Below the pieces are notes generated by a model, which worked only from the letters and a program-made list of their open reading frames with translations, did no database searches and was not told where the DNA came from. Shown piece by piece: positions 9,098-18,844 of a stretch of 34,404 nt of DNA. The position numbers and the translations under genes were made by a program. The first letter of the stretch is position 1, and the number at the start of each line of letters is the position of its first letter. The stretch lies in sequence record SRR20825010_3053; one strand, given 5' to 3'.

Positions 9098-10312
9098 CTA
9101 CCTCCTTTTAAATCCTTTTTTATTTCCGAATTGGCGTTTTCCTTTACCCTTATTTTTGATAGGATCATAAACAGGTGCTTCTCCTAAAAATTCTGGCAAA
9201 GCTATTTTACGTACTGGGCTACCTAAGAGCTCTTCAATTTTAGAGAATTTGAATTGGTCTTCCTCGTTGATGAAAGTTACGGCCTCGCCTTCTGAAGAAG
9301 CCCTAGCAGTACGGCCAATACGGTGGATGTAATCTTCTGCATCATTCGGTACGTCATAGTTAATCACCATGTCGATATTGTCGATGTCAATTCCTCTCGA
9401 GATCACATCTGTGGCCACTAAAATCTGAAGTTTACGGCTTTTAAATTCACGAAGAATATCCTCTCTGTCTTTTTGCTCTAAGTCTGATGAGATGGGTTTG
9501 GCATTCATCTTTTCACGCTGTAACTCTCTAGTGAGCTCCTTCACCTTGATTTTTGTAGAAGCAAAAATCACTAAGCTTGGAATGTCATTGAATCGAAGCA
9601 AATGCTTAACGAGGCTAATCTTTTGGTTGTTGTATGTATTAAAAGCCACCTGAACCACCTTTTCGGCTGGCTTAGAAATAGCAATACTGATTTCATGAGG
9701 GTCTTGCAGAATGTCCTTGGCCAACTTCCGAATTTTTGGAGGCATAGTGGCCGAAAACATAAGGTTTTGTCTGTTTTTGGGCAAGAAACCAATGATACGC
9801 ATCAAGTCTTCATAAAAGCCCATGTCTAACATGCGGTCGGCTTCATCGAGAATGAGGTGTTCTAAATGGTCAATTTTGGCATAACCCAAATTAAGGTGAG
9901 AAATAAGTTTTCCTGGTGTCCCAACGATAATATGAGCTCCAGTAGTCAACGCTTTCTTTTCTCTTGAAAACCCATCACCATCACCACCACCATAAATGGG
10001 CAATGAAGTGGCAGGGGTGAAGTATCCAAGGCCTTCCAACTGCTGGTCAATTTGAACAGCAAGTTCTCTTGTAGGGCAAATAATCAAAGTATTGATTTGG
10101 CCATCAGGAATTTCGTTCGAACAAATTTTGTGTAGGATTGGAAGCAAGAAAGCCGCTGTTTTTCCGGTACCTGTTTGGGCAACAGCAATTAAATCTTTGT
10201 TTTCAATAATTACTGGGATAGCTTGCTCTTGGATGGGGGTTGGGTTCTCAAAACCCATAGCATCCAAACCTTCCAATACACTTTCGTGGAGATTAAGTTC
10301 TTTAAATGTCAA
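9098..10312 (-). CDS. DEAD-box ATP-dependent RNA helicase (RhlE-like)
   Basis: Q motif GFENPTPIQ, AQTGTGKT, PTRELA, DEAD, SAT, SRGID, HRIGRTAR; TTG start; short basic tail. Confidence 0.95.
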   Translation of the reverse strand: MTFKELNLHESVLEGLDAMGFENPTPIQEQAIPVIIENKDLIAVAQTGTGKTAAFLLPILHKICSNEIPDGQINTLIICPTRELAVQIDQQLEGLGYFTPATSLPIYGGGDGDGFSREKKALTTGAHIIVGTPGKLISHLNLGYAKIDHLEHLILDEADRMLDMGFYEDLMRIIGFLPKNRQNLMFSATMPPKIRKLAKDILQDPHEISIAISKPAEKVVQVAFNTYNNQKISLVKHLLRFNDIPSLVIFASTKIKVKELTRELQREKMNAKPISSDLEQKDREDILREFKSRKLQILVATDVISRGIDIDNIDMVINYDVPNDAEDYIHRIGRTARASSEGEAVTFINEEDQFKFSKIEELLGSPVRKIALPEFLGEAPVYDPIKNKGKGKRQFGNKKGFKRR

Positions 10313-10378
10313 GTGTGATTTATCTTTATGAGGCTTAAGGAATTGCCTAAGCCTGTTACAATTTAGAGTGAAAATTAA

Positions 10379-10612
10379 ATGAAAAAAGCCGTATATAAAA
10401 CCAATATTAATTGTGGGATGTGTCTTTCTACGGTTACTCCCTTTTTAAATGCCCTAAACGAGGTGTCCGAATGGTCGGTGGACCTGAGTAGTAAAGACAG
10501 GCTACTGACAGTAGAGGCCGAAAACATCGATTCTAACCTAGTTATCCATGCCGTACAACAGGCTGGTTTTAAGGCTGAAAAAAAGAAATCTGTTCTAGGT
10601 AAGTTATTTTAA
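10379..10612 (+). CDS. Heavy-metal-associated (HMA/CopZ-like) protein
   Basis: 77 aa with KTNINCGMC (CxxC), WSVDL and AVQQAGFKAE, typical of HMA domains. Confidence 0.8.
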   Translation: MKKAVYKTNINCGMCLSTVTPFLNALNEVSEWSVDLSSKDRLLTVEAENIDSNLVIHAVQQAGFKAEKKKSVLGKLF

Positions 10613-12066
10613 TTTTTCTTCCAGAAATAAGGAGAAAGCAGCATAAGCACAGTGAATAACTCTAATCTGCCCAAAAGCATTAGGAAGGAAAGTAGCCATT
10701 TTCCAGGGGCGGGTATGTTATAGAAGTTGTCTAATGGCCCTACTTTTCCAATTCCAGGCCCAACATTGCCCAGGGTAGTGGCTACGGCTCCAAAGGCGGT
10801 ATCAAAATCTACATTCATAGTTGATAATACGATTACTCCTACAATCATGACTAGGATATAAATCATAATAAAGGCCAGTACATTGGATACGACTCCTTGG
10901 TCAATGGCTTTCCCGCTTATTCTAACAGGTATTACGGCAGAGGGGTGGAGTTGCCTTTTTAGTTCAAGAAAAGAATTCTTGAACAACACGACATGACGGA
11001 TGACCTTAACGCCTCCCGCAGTTGAACCTGCCGAACCTCCTACCAATAATAGAATAAAGAATAATGTAGTAAGAAAAGGAGCCCAAGCCGTGTAGTCAGC
11101 CGACACAAACCCAGTGGTCGTTATGATTGAAACGACTTGGAAGAGTGAATCTCTGAATGATTTTTCAAGGCCGCTATCTGTAACGATGAACACGGTAATG
11201 GTAACGATAAGAGAGATTACAATTGTGAAGATACTGTAAACGATAAACTCTTCGTTTTTAAATACCTTTTTGAAATTCCTTTTTAACGCATAATAGGTCA
11301 GCGTAAAGCTTGTTCCCGCTAAAAACATGAAGACGATGAGCACATATTGAATAAATGGAGAGTCGTAGTGAGCAGCACTAGCGTTTTTCGTAGAGAATCC
11401 GCCTGTAGCCATGGTAGTCAGTGAATGATTGACGGCATCATAAATCGTCATTCCACCAAAATAGAGAAGAATGGCTTCTGCGATGGTTAACCCTACATAT
11501 ATAAGCCAAAGACGTTTGGCTGTATCTTGAATTCTAGGTTGAAGTTTATCTGGAGTAATTCCTGGTGCTTCTGCCACGAAAAGCTGCATACCACCAATAC
11601 CCAAAAAAGGAAGGATGGCAACGGCCAATACAATAATTCCCATTCCCCCAATCCACTGGGTAAGGCTTCGCCAAAACAAAATGCCTTTTGGTACTGATTC
11701 TATATCATTAAGAATAGAGGCTCCTGTGGTGGTGTACCCAGACATGGTCTCAAAAAAGGCATTGGTGAAATCTGGAATGCTATTGCTCAATACAAATGGC
11801 AAGGCGCCAAAAATGGACATGAAAATCCATCCAGCGGTGACCACAACATATCCATCACGCTTTTTAAGCTCTTTATCAGGGAGTTTTCGGGTAAAGAACT
11901 TCATTGAAAACCCAGCCAAGGCTGTAATGGCTGCAGAGGCAACTATTGCAATAAGGTCATGCTCACCATAATAGATGGATACAGGCAAGCATAGCGCCAT
12001 GAAACCAGCATTCATCAAGAGAAGAGTGCCGAGGACTTTTGAAATGACTTTAATGTTGAACCTCAT
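10609..12066 (-). CDS. trkH: Trk potassium uptake membrane protein
   Basis: FFETMSGYTTTG, TMATGGFS, ITTTGF, GSAGSTAGG and LGNVGPG pore motifs; directly downstream of trkA. Confidence 0.95.
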   Translation of the reverse strand: MRFNIKVISKVLGTLLLMNAGFMALCLPVSIYYGEHDLIAIVASAAITALAGFSMKFFTRKLPDKELKKRDGYVVVTAGWIFMSIFGALPFVLSNSIPDFTNAFFETMSGYTTTGASILNDIESVPKGILFWRSLTQWIGGMGIIVLAVAILPFLGIGGMQLFVAEAPGITPDKLQPRIQDTAKRLWLIYVGLTIAEAILLYFGGMTIYDAVNHSLTTMATGGFSTKNASAAHYDSPFIQYVLIVFMFLAGTSFTLTYYALKRNFKKVFKNEEFIVYSIFTIVISLIVTITVFIVTDSGLEKSFRDSLFQVVSIITTTGFVSADYTAWAPFLTTLFFILLLVGGSAGSTAGGVKVIRHVVLFKNSFLELKRQLHPSAVIPVRISGKAIDQGVVSNVLAFIMIYILVMIVGVIVLSTMNVDFDTAFGAVATTLGNVGPGIGKVGPLDNFYNIPAPGKWLLSFLMLLGRLELFTVLMLLSPYFWKKN

Positions 12067-12081
12067 CTGTCTTTAAAGATA

Positions 12082-13422
12082 TCAAATAAAGTAGGATTCC
12101 ACTTTGCTGATACTTTCTGGTTTTGAGAGGACTACTACCCTGTCTTTTGGTCTGAACATGAAATCACCAGGAGTTGTGAAGCCTTTTCCATCTCGAATTA
12201 CGCCTCCAATGATAGCGGTTTTAGGAAATTGAAGGTTTCTAAGCTGATTTTTGGTGATTTTAGAGCCTTCCTTTACTTCAAATTCAAGAATTTCAGCATC
12301 TACACCGTGGATACTGGTAATGGAAACAATATCTCCTTGCCTAATATGACGGAAAATAAAGTTGGCCGCAATCAGCTTTTTGTTGATCATTGTATCCACT
12401 CCAATGCTTTGAGAAAGGTGGATGTAATCCATGTTTTCTACCATAGCAATGGTTTTCTTTACGCCATTGTTTTTGGCTACTAGACACGAAATAATATTGG
12501 TTTCGGAATTACCAGTGACCGCTATAAAGGCATCAATGTCGCTAATCCCTTCTTCATGAAGCAAGTCTACATTTCTTCCATCACCATTAATTACCATGGC
12601 ATCAGGAAGTTGATCTGCCAACTCGAAGCATTTTTGGGGATCACGCTCAATGATTTTTACATTGTAACGATTACTCAAGATTTTGGCCGCATGAAACCCA
12701 ACTCTGGACCCTCCTAAAATCATTACACTTTTAACAGGTTCTTTTTTCTTGGCGGCTAAAAATAGAAGCTTTTCTATACCATCAGGTTGCGCCACAAAGT
12801 AGGCATGATCATTTACTTGGAATTGAGTGTTCCCATAAGGGATTAAGGTCTCATCATGGCGTAAAATGGCCACAGTCATAAATTTCTGATCTGGATTTAG
12901 TTTGGCTACCTCCATCATGGTTTTACCATTCAGAGGACTATTTTCTTCAATGTTAACGCCAATTAAAGAAAGGAGGCCTTTCTCAAATTCAAAGCTATCC
13001 GTCAAGGCTACTTCTTTCAGTAACCTTTTAATTTCTTTGGCCGCAAGCGATTCAGGAGAAATAATGTCGTCAATCCCTAAATGCTTAAGGTTCAGTTTGT
13101 CTTTTTGATAGATGAACTCAGTATTCGAGATTCTTGCAATCGTTCTTTTGGCGCCAAGGTGTTTCGCAATGATGGCAGTTGCAATATTGGCGTCTTCTGA
13201 AGAAGTTACTGCAATCAGCAGGTCTGCTTCCGAAACTCCTGCTTCTTCCAAAACGCTATACGAAGTTGAGTTCCCTTTAATAGTGGATGCATCGACAGAA
13301 TTTGACGCTGCTTTCAGCTTATCCGCTACTTGGTCAATTAAAACAATATTCTGACCCTCAGCGCATAAAAGTTTAGCCAAATGAAACCCTACATTCCCAA
13401 CACCTGCGATTATTACTCTCAT
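12082..13422 (-). CDS. trkA: Trk potassium uptake NAD-binding RCK subunit
   Basis: Two RCK modules (GVGNVG and GGSRVG Rossmann motifs), 446 aa, adjacent to trkH. Confidence 0.95.
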   Translation of the reverse strand: MRVIIAGVGNVGFHLAKLLCAEGQNIVLIDQVADKLKAASNSVDASTIKGNSTSYSVLEEAGVSEADLLIAVTSSEDANIATAIIAKHLGAKRTIARISNTEFIYQKDKLNLKHLGIDDIISPESLAAKEIKRLLKEVALTDSFEFEKGLLSLIGVNIEENSPLNGKTMMEVAKLNPDQKFMTVAILRHDETLIPYGNTQFQVNDHAYFVAQPDGIEKLLFLAAKKKEPVKSVMILGGSRVGFHAAKILSNRYNVKIIERDPQKCFELADQLPDAMVINGDGRNVDLLHEEGISDIDAFIAVTGNSETNIISCLVAKNNGVKKTIAMVENMDYIHLSQSIGVDTMINKKLIAANFIFRHIRQGDIVSITSIHGVDAEILEFEVKEGSKITKNQLRNLQFPKTAIIGGVIRDGKGFTTPGDFMFRPKDRVVVLSKPESISKVESYFI

Positions 13423-13441
13423 CGTCTCAATTAAAAACCTT

Positions 13442-13470
13442 CAAAGTTAGTCATAATACTAGCTACGCAA
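13442..13470 (-). promoter_or_regulatory. Housekeeping promoter for trkAH
   Basis: Minus strand: TTG (13468-13470), 18-nt spacer, TAACTTTG (13442-13449), about 20 nt upstream of the trkA ATG. Confidence 0.55.
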
Positions 13471-13507
13471 GTAAATGCATTTTATAATATGCCAAAAAGG
13501 ATTTCTA

Positions 13508-14662
13508 TCATTTCTGAGGAACCATACTTCCTGACTTTATATGGATGTCCCTTTGAGGAAAAGGGATTTCTATTCCATGCTGGCCAAACTTCTCAAAAAT
13601 CAGGAAATAGAGTTGACTTTTCAGGACTACTGGTCTGGTAATAAATGTACTGGTCCAAATCATTAAATCGAAATTGATCGAATTGTCTGCGTATTCGAGA
13701 AACAAAACTTCTGGACTTGGGGTTTTTAAGACATCGGGATGTTGATTGGCTACCTCTAATAGAATAGACTTGATCTTTGCAGGGTCTTCGTTATAGGAGA
13801 CACCCACAGGGACGTGGAATCTAATGTTTCTGTCATTGTGACTCCAATTGATCACTTTCTGACTTATAAATTCTGAATTTGGAATGATGATCGAAATGTT
13901 ATCATTGGTACTGACGGTTGTGGCCCTGGCAGCTACTTTTACCACATCTCCTGAGATGCTACCCACTTCAATTCGATCACCTACTTTGATTGGTCGCTCA
14001 AAGAGAATAATGAGCCCCGAAATAAAGTTATTGGCAATATTCTGCAGACCAAAACCAATACCTACGCCCAAAGCACCAGCCAATACATTGAGTGACCCTA
14101 GGTTGATTGTGCTTTGAACAATGATTAAGCCTCCTACCAATACTGCTACATATTGGATAATGGTACCTATAGATTCACTTACGCCAACATCATCGGAGTA
14201 TCGACTCAAGATTTGTTTAACGAACACTCCTTTGAGTTTACTGGTAAGAAAAACGAGTAAACTCAAAAAGAATATCACCCTGAACAAGGCAAACAAGGTT
14301 AATGGATGTTCTGACGTTGGATTAAGTTTGACATTTAAACTCGAGTCCTTGTTTATTCCAATTGCAGTTAACACAATCAACAAACCGAAAAAAAGAATAA
14401 CGTATTTTGTGGTATTGCCAATGGAAAGAACCGTTTTTCGATCTTCAACATAACGGTTTAGAATTTTGTTAATCAAAATTGATCTAACAAGGTTACTTAT
14501 TAAGTTGATGAGTATCAAAAAAGCTACAGGTAGAACCAACTCACTGATAGTAAACTCTAGGCCCAAAAAATTAATGGGGTCACTGATCAATGGGATACTC
14601 TCATTGATAGAAGTAATTAGTCGATTGTAGCCAGACAGTACCTCTTCTGTGTTATTTTGCAT
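13508..14662 (-). CDS. Small-conductance mechanosensitive channel (MscS family) with an extra N-terminal TM hairpin
   Basis: GALGVGIGFGLQNIANNFISGLIILFERPIKVGD, IIIPNS, INWS, GIEIPFPQRD. Confidence 0.92.
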   Translation of the reverse strand: MQNNTEEVLSGYNRLITSINESIPLISDPINFLGLEFTISELVLPVAFLILINLISNLVRSILINKILNRYVEDRKTVLSIGNTTKYVILFFGLLIVLTAIGINKDSSLNVKLNPTSEHPLTLFALFRVIFFLSLLVFLTSKLKGVFVKQILSRYSDDVGVSESIGTIIQYVAVLVGGLIIVQSTINLGSLNVLAGALGVGIGFGLQNIANNFISGLIILFERPIKVGDRIEVGSISGDVVKVAARATTVSTNDNISIIIPNSEFISQKVINWSHNDRNIRFHVPVGVSYNEDPAKIKSILLEVANQHPDVLKTPSPEVLFLEYADNSINFDLMIWTSTFITRPVVLKSQLYFLIFEKFGQHGIEIPFPQRDIHIKSGSMVPQK

Positions 14663-14689
14663 AAGTGGTTACCAATATAACATATTTCT

Positions 14690-15901
14690 TTACTTAGGCA
14701 GTAAGAAGGATGAGTCACCATAGCTCAAAAAGCGATAGCCATTGATGTCGGCTGCTTGATATATTTTGCGCCAATCTTCACCTATAAATGCTGCTACTAG
14801 TAATATTAGAGTACTTCCAGGCTGATGGAAATTTGTAATTAAACCGTCACAAACCCTGAATTGGTAGCCAGGGAAAATGAAAATCTCCGTTGTGCCAATT
14901 ACTTGACTCAATTCGTTTTTATCCATCCATGCTAGAATTGCACAAAAAGCCTCAGAACGTGTCGCTTTTTGTGTGCTTTGGTAAGGCTCTAACTTATCAA
15001 TAGCGAAATTTTCATTTCCCTTCATTAACCGAACACCAAACCAATAAAGGCTTTCCAATGTCCGCATGGAGGTTGTCCCGATGGCAATGATACTATTTTG
15101 AGTATCTACTACGCTCTGAATACTCAGTCTATCCACCACCATTTGTTCCGAATGCATGGGGTGCTCTAGAATGTTTTCTGTTTTAATGGGCTGAAAAGTA
15201 CCTGCACTTACATGGAGCGTAAGGAAACTTTCATTGATTCCACGGTCGGCCAATGATTTCAGAATTTCTGGAGTAAAGTGCAGACCAGCTGTGGGAGCGG
15301 CCACAGCGCCATCATGTTGTGAATAAATCGTTTGGTAGCGTGGTTTGTCTTCTGCCTCTGGCTGTCGGTTTAAGTAGGGGGGGAGCGGCACTTTACCAGA
15401 TGCTTCTACTATTTCTGAAAAGGAAACGGATTCATCATTCCAGGTCAATTGAATTCGTCTTTTTTCTCGATCGTTAATACTGGCCTCTAGTGTGATAATT
15501 TTATCACTTATGGTTAATTCTCTCACCAAGGGAATGTCTTCCTTCCATTTTTTGACATTCCCAATCATACATTCCCAAGTCACTGTTTCCCGCTCTTCCA
15601 TCACCATACTCAAGATTGGTGAAGGTGAAATTGGTTTGAGTAGAAAGATCTCGATTTGAGCACCAGTGGATTTGTGAAAAATCAACCTTGCCGGAATTAC
15701 CTTAGTATTGTTGAAAAACAAGGTGGATTGATCAGGAATCAATTCTTCAATGTCATTGAAATTCTTGTGTTCAATTGAACCACTATTATAATACAGTAGC
15801 TTAGATAGGTCTCTTTTGGCCAGCGGATATTTGGCAATTCGTTCATCGGGTAGCGAATAAGTGTAGTCGCTCAGGTTGATCTCTTTCTTTATATTCATCA
15901 T
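14690..15901 (-). CDS. queA: S-adenosylmethionine:tRNA ribosyltransferase-isomerase
   Basis: NNTKVIPARL, PLPPY, YQTIYS, GAVAAPTAGLHF, LHVSAGTF, GTTSMRTLES, TNFHQP, YRFLSYGD. Confidence 0.95.
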   Translation of the reverse strand: MMNIKKEINLSDYTYSLPDERIAKYPLAKRDLSKLLYYNSGSIEHKNFNDIEELIPDQSTLFFNNTKVIPARLIFHKSTGAQIEIFLLKPISPSPILSMVMEERETVTWECMIGNVKKWKEDIPLVRELTISDKIITLEASINDREKRRIQLTWNDESVSFSEIVEASGKVPLPPYLNRQPEAEDKPRYQTIYSQHDGAVAAPTAGLHFTPEILKSLADRGINESFLTLHVSAGTFQPIKTENILEHPMHSEQMVVDRLSIQSVVDTQNSIIAIGTTSMRTLESLYWFGVRLMKGNENFAIDKLEPYQSTQKATRSEAFCAILAWMDKNELSQVIGTTEIFIFPGYQFRVCDGLITNFHQPGSTLILLVAAFIGEDWRKIYQAADINGYRFLSYGDSSFLLPK

Positions 15902-16004
15902 TTGCGCTGCAATTTATTAATGCACAGTGTTAAAATGGTTTACTATCGAATCTTTTTTCCACCTTGGGAGTAGACTTAAATAAGAAGTCTTAATAATCAA
16001 TATT

Positions 16005-16121
16005 ATGGGAAAAGGAGATATCAAGAGCAAGAAGGGTAAAATCGCCAATGGAAGTTTTGGGGTTAACCGTCCGCGGAAGTATGGTAAAGCTGTAAGTCCA
16101 AAGCCAAAGGCGAAGGACTGA
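16005..16121 (+). CDS. thx: 30S ribosomal protein THX (bTHX); not in the ORF track
   Basis: Translates to MGKGDIKSKKGKIANGSFGVNRPRKYGKAVSPKPKAKD* (38 aa), matching the THX pattern GKGD.(K/R)..(K/R)GKI..G..G..RPR. It is followed by a terminator. Confidence 0.9.
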   Translation: MGKGDIKSKKGKIANGSFGVNRPRKYGKAVSPKPKAKD

Positions 16122-16153
16122 TTTGTAAGCTAAAGAATAGAACAATTTTAAAG

Positions 16154-16186
16154 GAGGCCAGCAGAAATGCTGGCCTCACTGTTTTT
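16154..16186 (+). terminator. Intrinsic terminator after THX
   Basis: GAGGCCAGCA-GAAA-TGCTGGCCTC (10-bp stem) then ACTGTTTTT. Confidence 0.75.
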
Positions 16187-16189
16187 GGG

Positions 16190-16306
16190 TATTCGAAAGT
16201 GTTCACCTGATCGGTCATTTTCGTACACTTTTTAACAGGTGATCTATCATAGTATTTTTTAAGTATCTGATTTATAACTGATTGATTGTTTTGGCATGCC
16301 GATTGG
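16190..16306 (+). promoter_or_regulatory. Candidate sigma-54 promoter with two upstream activator boxes
   Basis: TGGCAT-GCCGA-TTGG at 16292-16306. Boxes TATTCG-N4-TGTTCA (16190-16205) and CGGTCA-N4-CGTACA (16212-16227) start 22 bp apart, with an AT-rich segment between boxes and promoter. Confidence 0.55.
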
Positions 16307-16391
16307 AAAGAAGTTGGCAAGGTTAAAAACAATAAGGTTAAAATTAGCTGCCTTTGGTCAGGCGGTAACTCAAAATATCAACAGCAACAAC

Positions 16392-16733
16392 ATGAAAAAT
16401 CTAGGTCAAAAAAACATCTCCGCGTTAATCGCACTTTTTTTAGCAGTTACAATCGTTACATCGGTTGATGCTAAATCTGAAGACTCCAACACCCCAATTT
16501 TCGAAGAAGACTTATCCTATTTAGAGGATGTTCAAGCGTATGTTGATGCATACATGGAACCAAGTCCAATGGTGTTCGAAGAAGCTCCTCAAACCGTCAA
16601 AGTATTTGATGCGGAAGGCAACTTGGTTTTACAAGGTATGGTTTCCGAATTAAGCGAAGAAGGTTTGAAAATTTACAGACAGGCAGATTATTTGTCGTCA
16701 TTGTATAACACGAAATACTATCGATTGAAATAA
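16392..16733 (+). CDS. Small secreted hypothetical protein
   Basis: The track start at 16296 overlaps the promoter. The ATG at 16392 has an A-rich context and gives a signal peptide (MKNLGQKNISALIALFLAVTIVTSVDA) and an acidic mature part. Confidence 0.7.
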   Translation: MKNLGQKNISALIALFLAVTIVTSVDAKSEDSNTPIFEEDLSYLEDVQAYVDAYMEPSPMVFEEAPQTVKVFDAEGNLVLQGMVSELSEEGLKIYRQADYLSSLYNTKYYRLK

Positions 16734-16765
16734 TAGTATAGCTAGTAGTTTAGTTTAAGGTTGAT

Positions 16766-16794
16766 TAAGGCGATTTCATACGGAAATCGCCTTA
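16766..16794. terminator. Hairpin/terminator between convergent genes
   Basis: TAAGGCGATTTC-ATACG-GAAATCGCCTTA, a perfect 12-bp stem. Confidence 0.75.
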
Positions 16795-16810
16795 TCTATT
16801 TTAAAGTGAG

Positions 16811-17929
16811 CTATTTGTGGTAATCGAATACGTTAATAACCATAAGATCTTCATTGTCCTTATCCACAGAGATTTGATTCAATCCTTCCTTTGTAAAGAA
16901 GAAAAAGTGGCTTCCCTCAAAATCTTTTACTTCACCGAGTGTATTAAAATTTTCATCTTTGACAATGATGTTCTGAATGGGCTTAAATATTCTCTTCTCC
17001 ATCCTAGATTCTGGAATAGGCTCATTGGCAAACCTCAAATAATACTTTCTGAATGGGTCATAGTAAATGGCGCCATATTGAGCATGTCTACCTGATTGTT
17101 TAGCCTGATCTAATGGGTCCAAAGGTATTTCATCCGTTGTTTGAAATTCACTTTGATCAATCTCAGAACTGGAAAAATCAATTTTTTCGAATTTACCCTG
17201 GTGGTCTGTTACTATTACTTCGGGCGACATGGCAAAGCTATACAAGTCTGTTCCAGCTTCTATGTTAGGGACATTGGAAACATTGCAAAGCGAGATTGGC
17301 CAGCCACTGTTTTCTGCATAATATTCTTTAGGGTAGTCTACCTCAAGTGTGAATGTTTTAGATCCCAAGTCATAAACAGCCGCAACTGGTTTTGGGTCAT
17401 TACCTTGACTACTGTTGCAGCCCAGGCTGTTGTTAATGACTAATTTTCCATTTGAGTAGTAAAAAGGAGTGATGTAATTACCTAAAGGAGCTTTTAACGG
17501 ATATGTATCAAGTTTTTCGCCTTCACTATTGAATAAATAAAATTTGCCATGCTGAAAGGCTTGAACAAATATAGAATCTTGATTGTGGTAATAATATGAT
17601 CTCAGCACTTCGCCAACCCCATTAGGGCCGACTGCCTCAAAAGGTGTTTTATTAATCAATTCTCGGCTGTCATAATCATAAAAATAGAGGGTTTTATTTC
17701 TAGCATTCAGAAATGAAAGCGTTCGTTTATTGCCATTTTCGGTCAACTGATAATCGGCATTATACGGTGGGGTTTCGTTATCTAAAGTGAAAATTTTGGT
17801 TTCAATTAAATTCAATTTAAAAGAAGGGTTTTCTTCTCCGATATTGCTATTGGAACAGGAGTAGATAAGAGAGAAAGTAATAAAGAGGAAAAGTGATTTG
17901 ATGAAATGGGTGGTCTTTAGTAAAGTCAT
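16811..17929 (-). CDS. Lipoprotein, DUF4221-like beta-propeller
   Basis: Lipobox-like LIYSC; GPNGVG, YYHNQDSIF and YGAIYYDPFRKYYLR motifs recalled for this Bacteroidota family. Confidence 0.65.
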   Translation of the reverse strand: MTLLKTTHFIKSLFLFITFSLIYSCSNSNIGEENPSFKLNLIETKIFTLDNETPPYNADYQLTENGNKRTLSFLNARNKTLYFYDYDSRELINKTPFEAVGPNGVGEVLRSYYYHNQDSIFVQAFQHGKFYLFNSEGEKLDTYPLKAPLGNYITPFYYSNGKLVINNSLGCNSSQGNDPKPVAAVYDLGSKTFTLEVDYPKEYYAENSGWPISLCNVSNVPNIEAGTDLYSFAMSPEVIVTDHQGKFEKIDFSSSEIDQSEFQTTDEIPLDPLDQAKQSGRHAQYGAIYYDPFRKYYLRFANEPIPESRMEKRIFKPIQNIIVKDENFNTLGEVKDFEGSHFFFFTKEGLNQISVDKDNEDLMVINVFDYHK

Positions 17930-17965
17930 TTTATCCTAATTGAACGTATAATTTAGTTATTCTTT

Positions 17966-18844
17966 TTAGGAAGAAAAACTTATCAACTCAAACCTTACTG
18001 TATCTCCTGGCTTAAATTGAGCCAATCGGTTTAAATCAGTTGAACTTACATTGGCAATTCTTGGATAGCCGCCAATGGTTTGGGCATCGGCCATTAAAAC
18101 GATGGGTTGACCTGAATTAGTGATTTGTATGGTGCCCGGAATCACCCCTGACGAGATCACTTCTTTCTTTTGAGTATAGCCATTTAGCGCTTCTCTTAGT
18201 CTATAGCCCATTCTATTTGAATCTTGACCAATGGTGAAGTAGTCACCGAAAAAACTCTGTTTTTCAACAGCAGAAAACGCTTCAAACTCTGGTCCAGAAT
18301 AAACTTTTATTGGGGTTTCAATTGATAAACTAGGTCTTTCACTTTCAGAAATGGCAAAAATTGATTGCTCCTTGCCACGGATGATCTCTATAATTTGATC
18401 TTTGACGATTATACTGTCAGGTGTAGTTTGGGCTGTATTTGTAGCCGAGGCACTATAACTCCCTAACCAACTTTGAATGTCCCATTTTCCATTAATAGAC
18501 AGGTAAGCCCTACAACCTGTAACTGGTTTGCCAAAACTTAATACATCACCGTGATTGATGTTGATGGTTTTGAATTGCTGAATCGCATTTCCGTTGAGTT
18601 CTGTAGATAAATTGGCGCCAGTAATGGCAATTTGACATGGGCCTTCGAACTGAATTTTCGGCCCTAGTAAAGTAATTTCTAAAACAGGAGAATCGGCCGA
18701 ATTCCCTACCAAGTGATTGGCAAGTTGAGCCGAAGCTTTGTCCATGGCTCCATTAATGGGGATGCCCAAATCTTGCACGCCATGTCTACCCAAATCTTGT
18801 ATGGTCGTTTGTAAACCCGGTTTTAAAAAATGCAGCCTAGCCAT
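17966..18844 (-). CDS. pxpC: 5-oxoprolinase subunit C (KipA / allophanate hydrolase 2 family)
   Basis: GLQTTIQDLGR, GAMD, GCRAYL, SNRMGYRL, PGTIQI, DAQTIGGYP. Confidence 0.9.
   Translation of the reverse strand: MARLHFLKPGLQTTIQDLGRHGVQDLGIPINGAMDKASAQLANHLVGNSADSPVLEITLLGPKIQFEGPCQIAITGANLSTELNGNAIQQFKTININHGDVLSFGKPVTGCRAYLSINGKWDIQSWLGSYSASATNTAQTTPDSIIVKDQIIEIIRGKEQSIFAISESERPSLSIETPIKVYSGPEFEAFSAVEKQSFFGDYFTIGQDSNRMGYRLREALNGYTQKKEVISSGVIPGTIQITNSGQPIVLMADAQTIGGYPRIANVSSTDLNRLAQFKPGDTVRFELISFSS

Noticed and set aside
16731-16770. TAGT/TTAAGG repeats after the small secreted protein gene as another heptamer array
   Set aside because: The spacing is irregular (5-6 nt) and there is no complementary arm.
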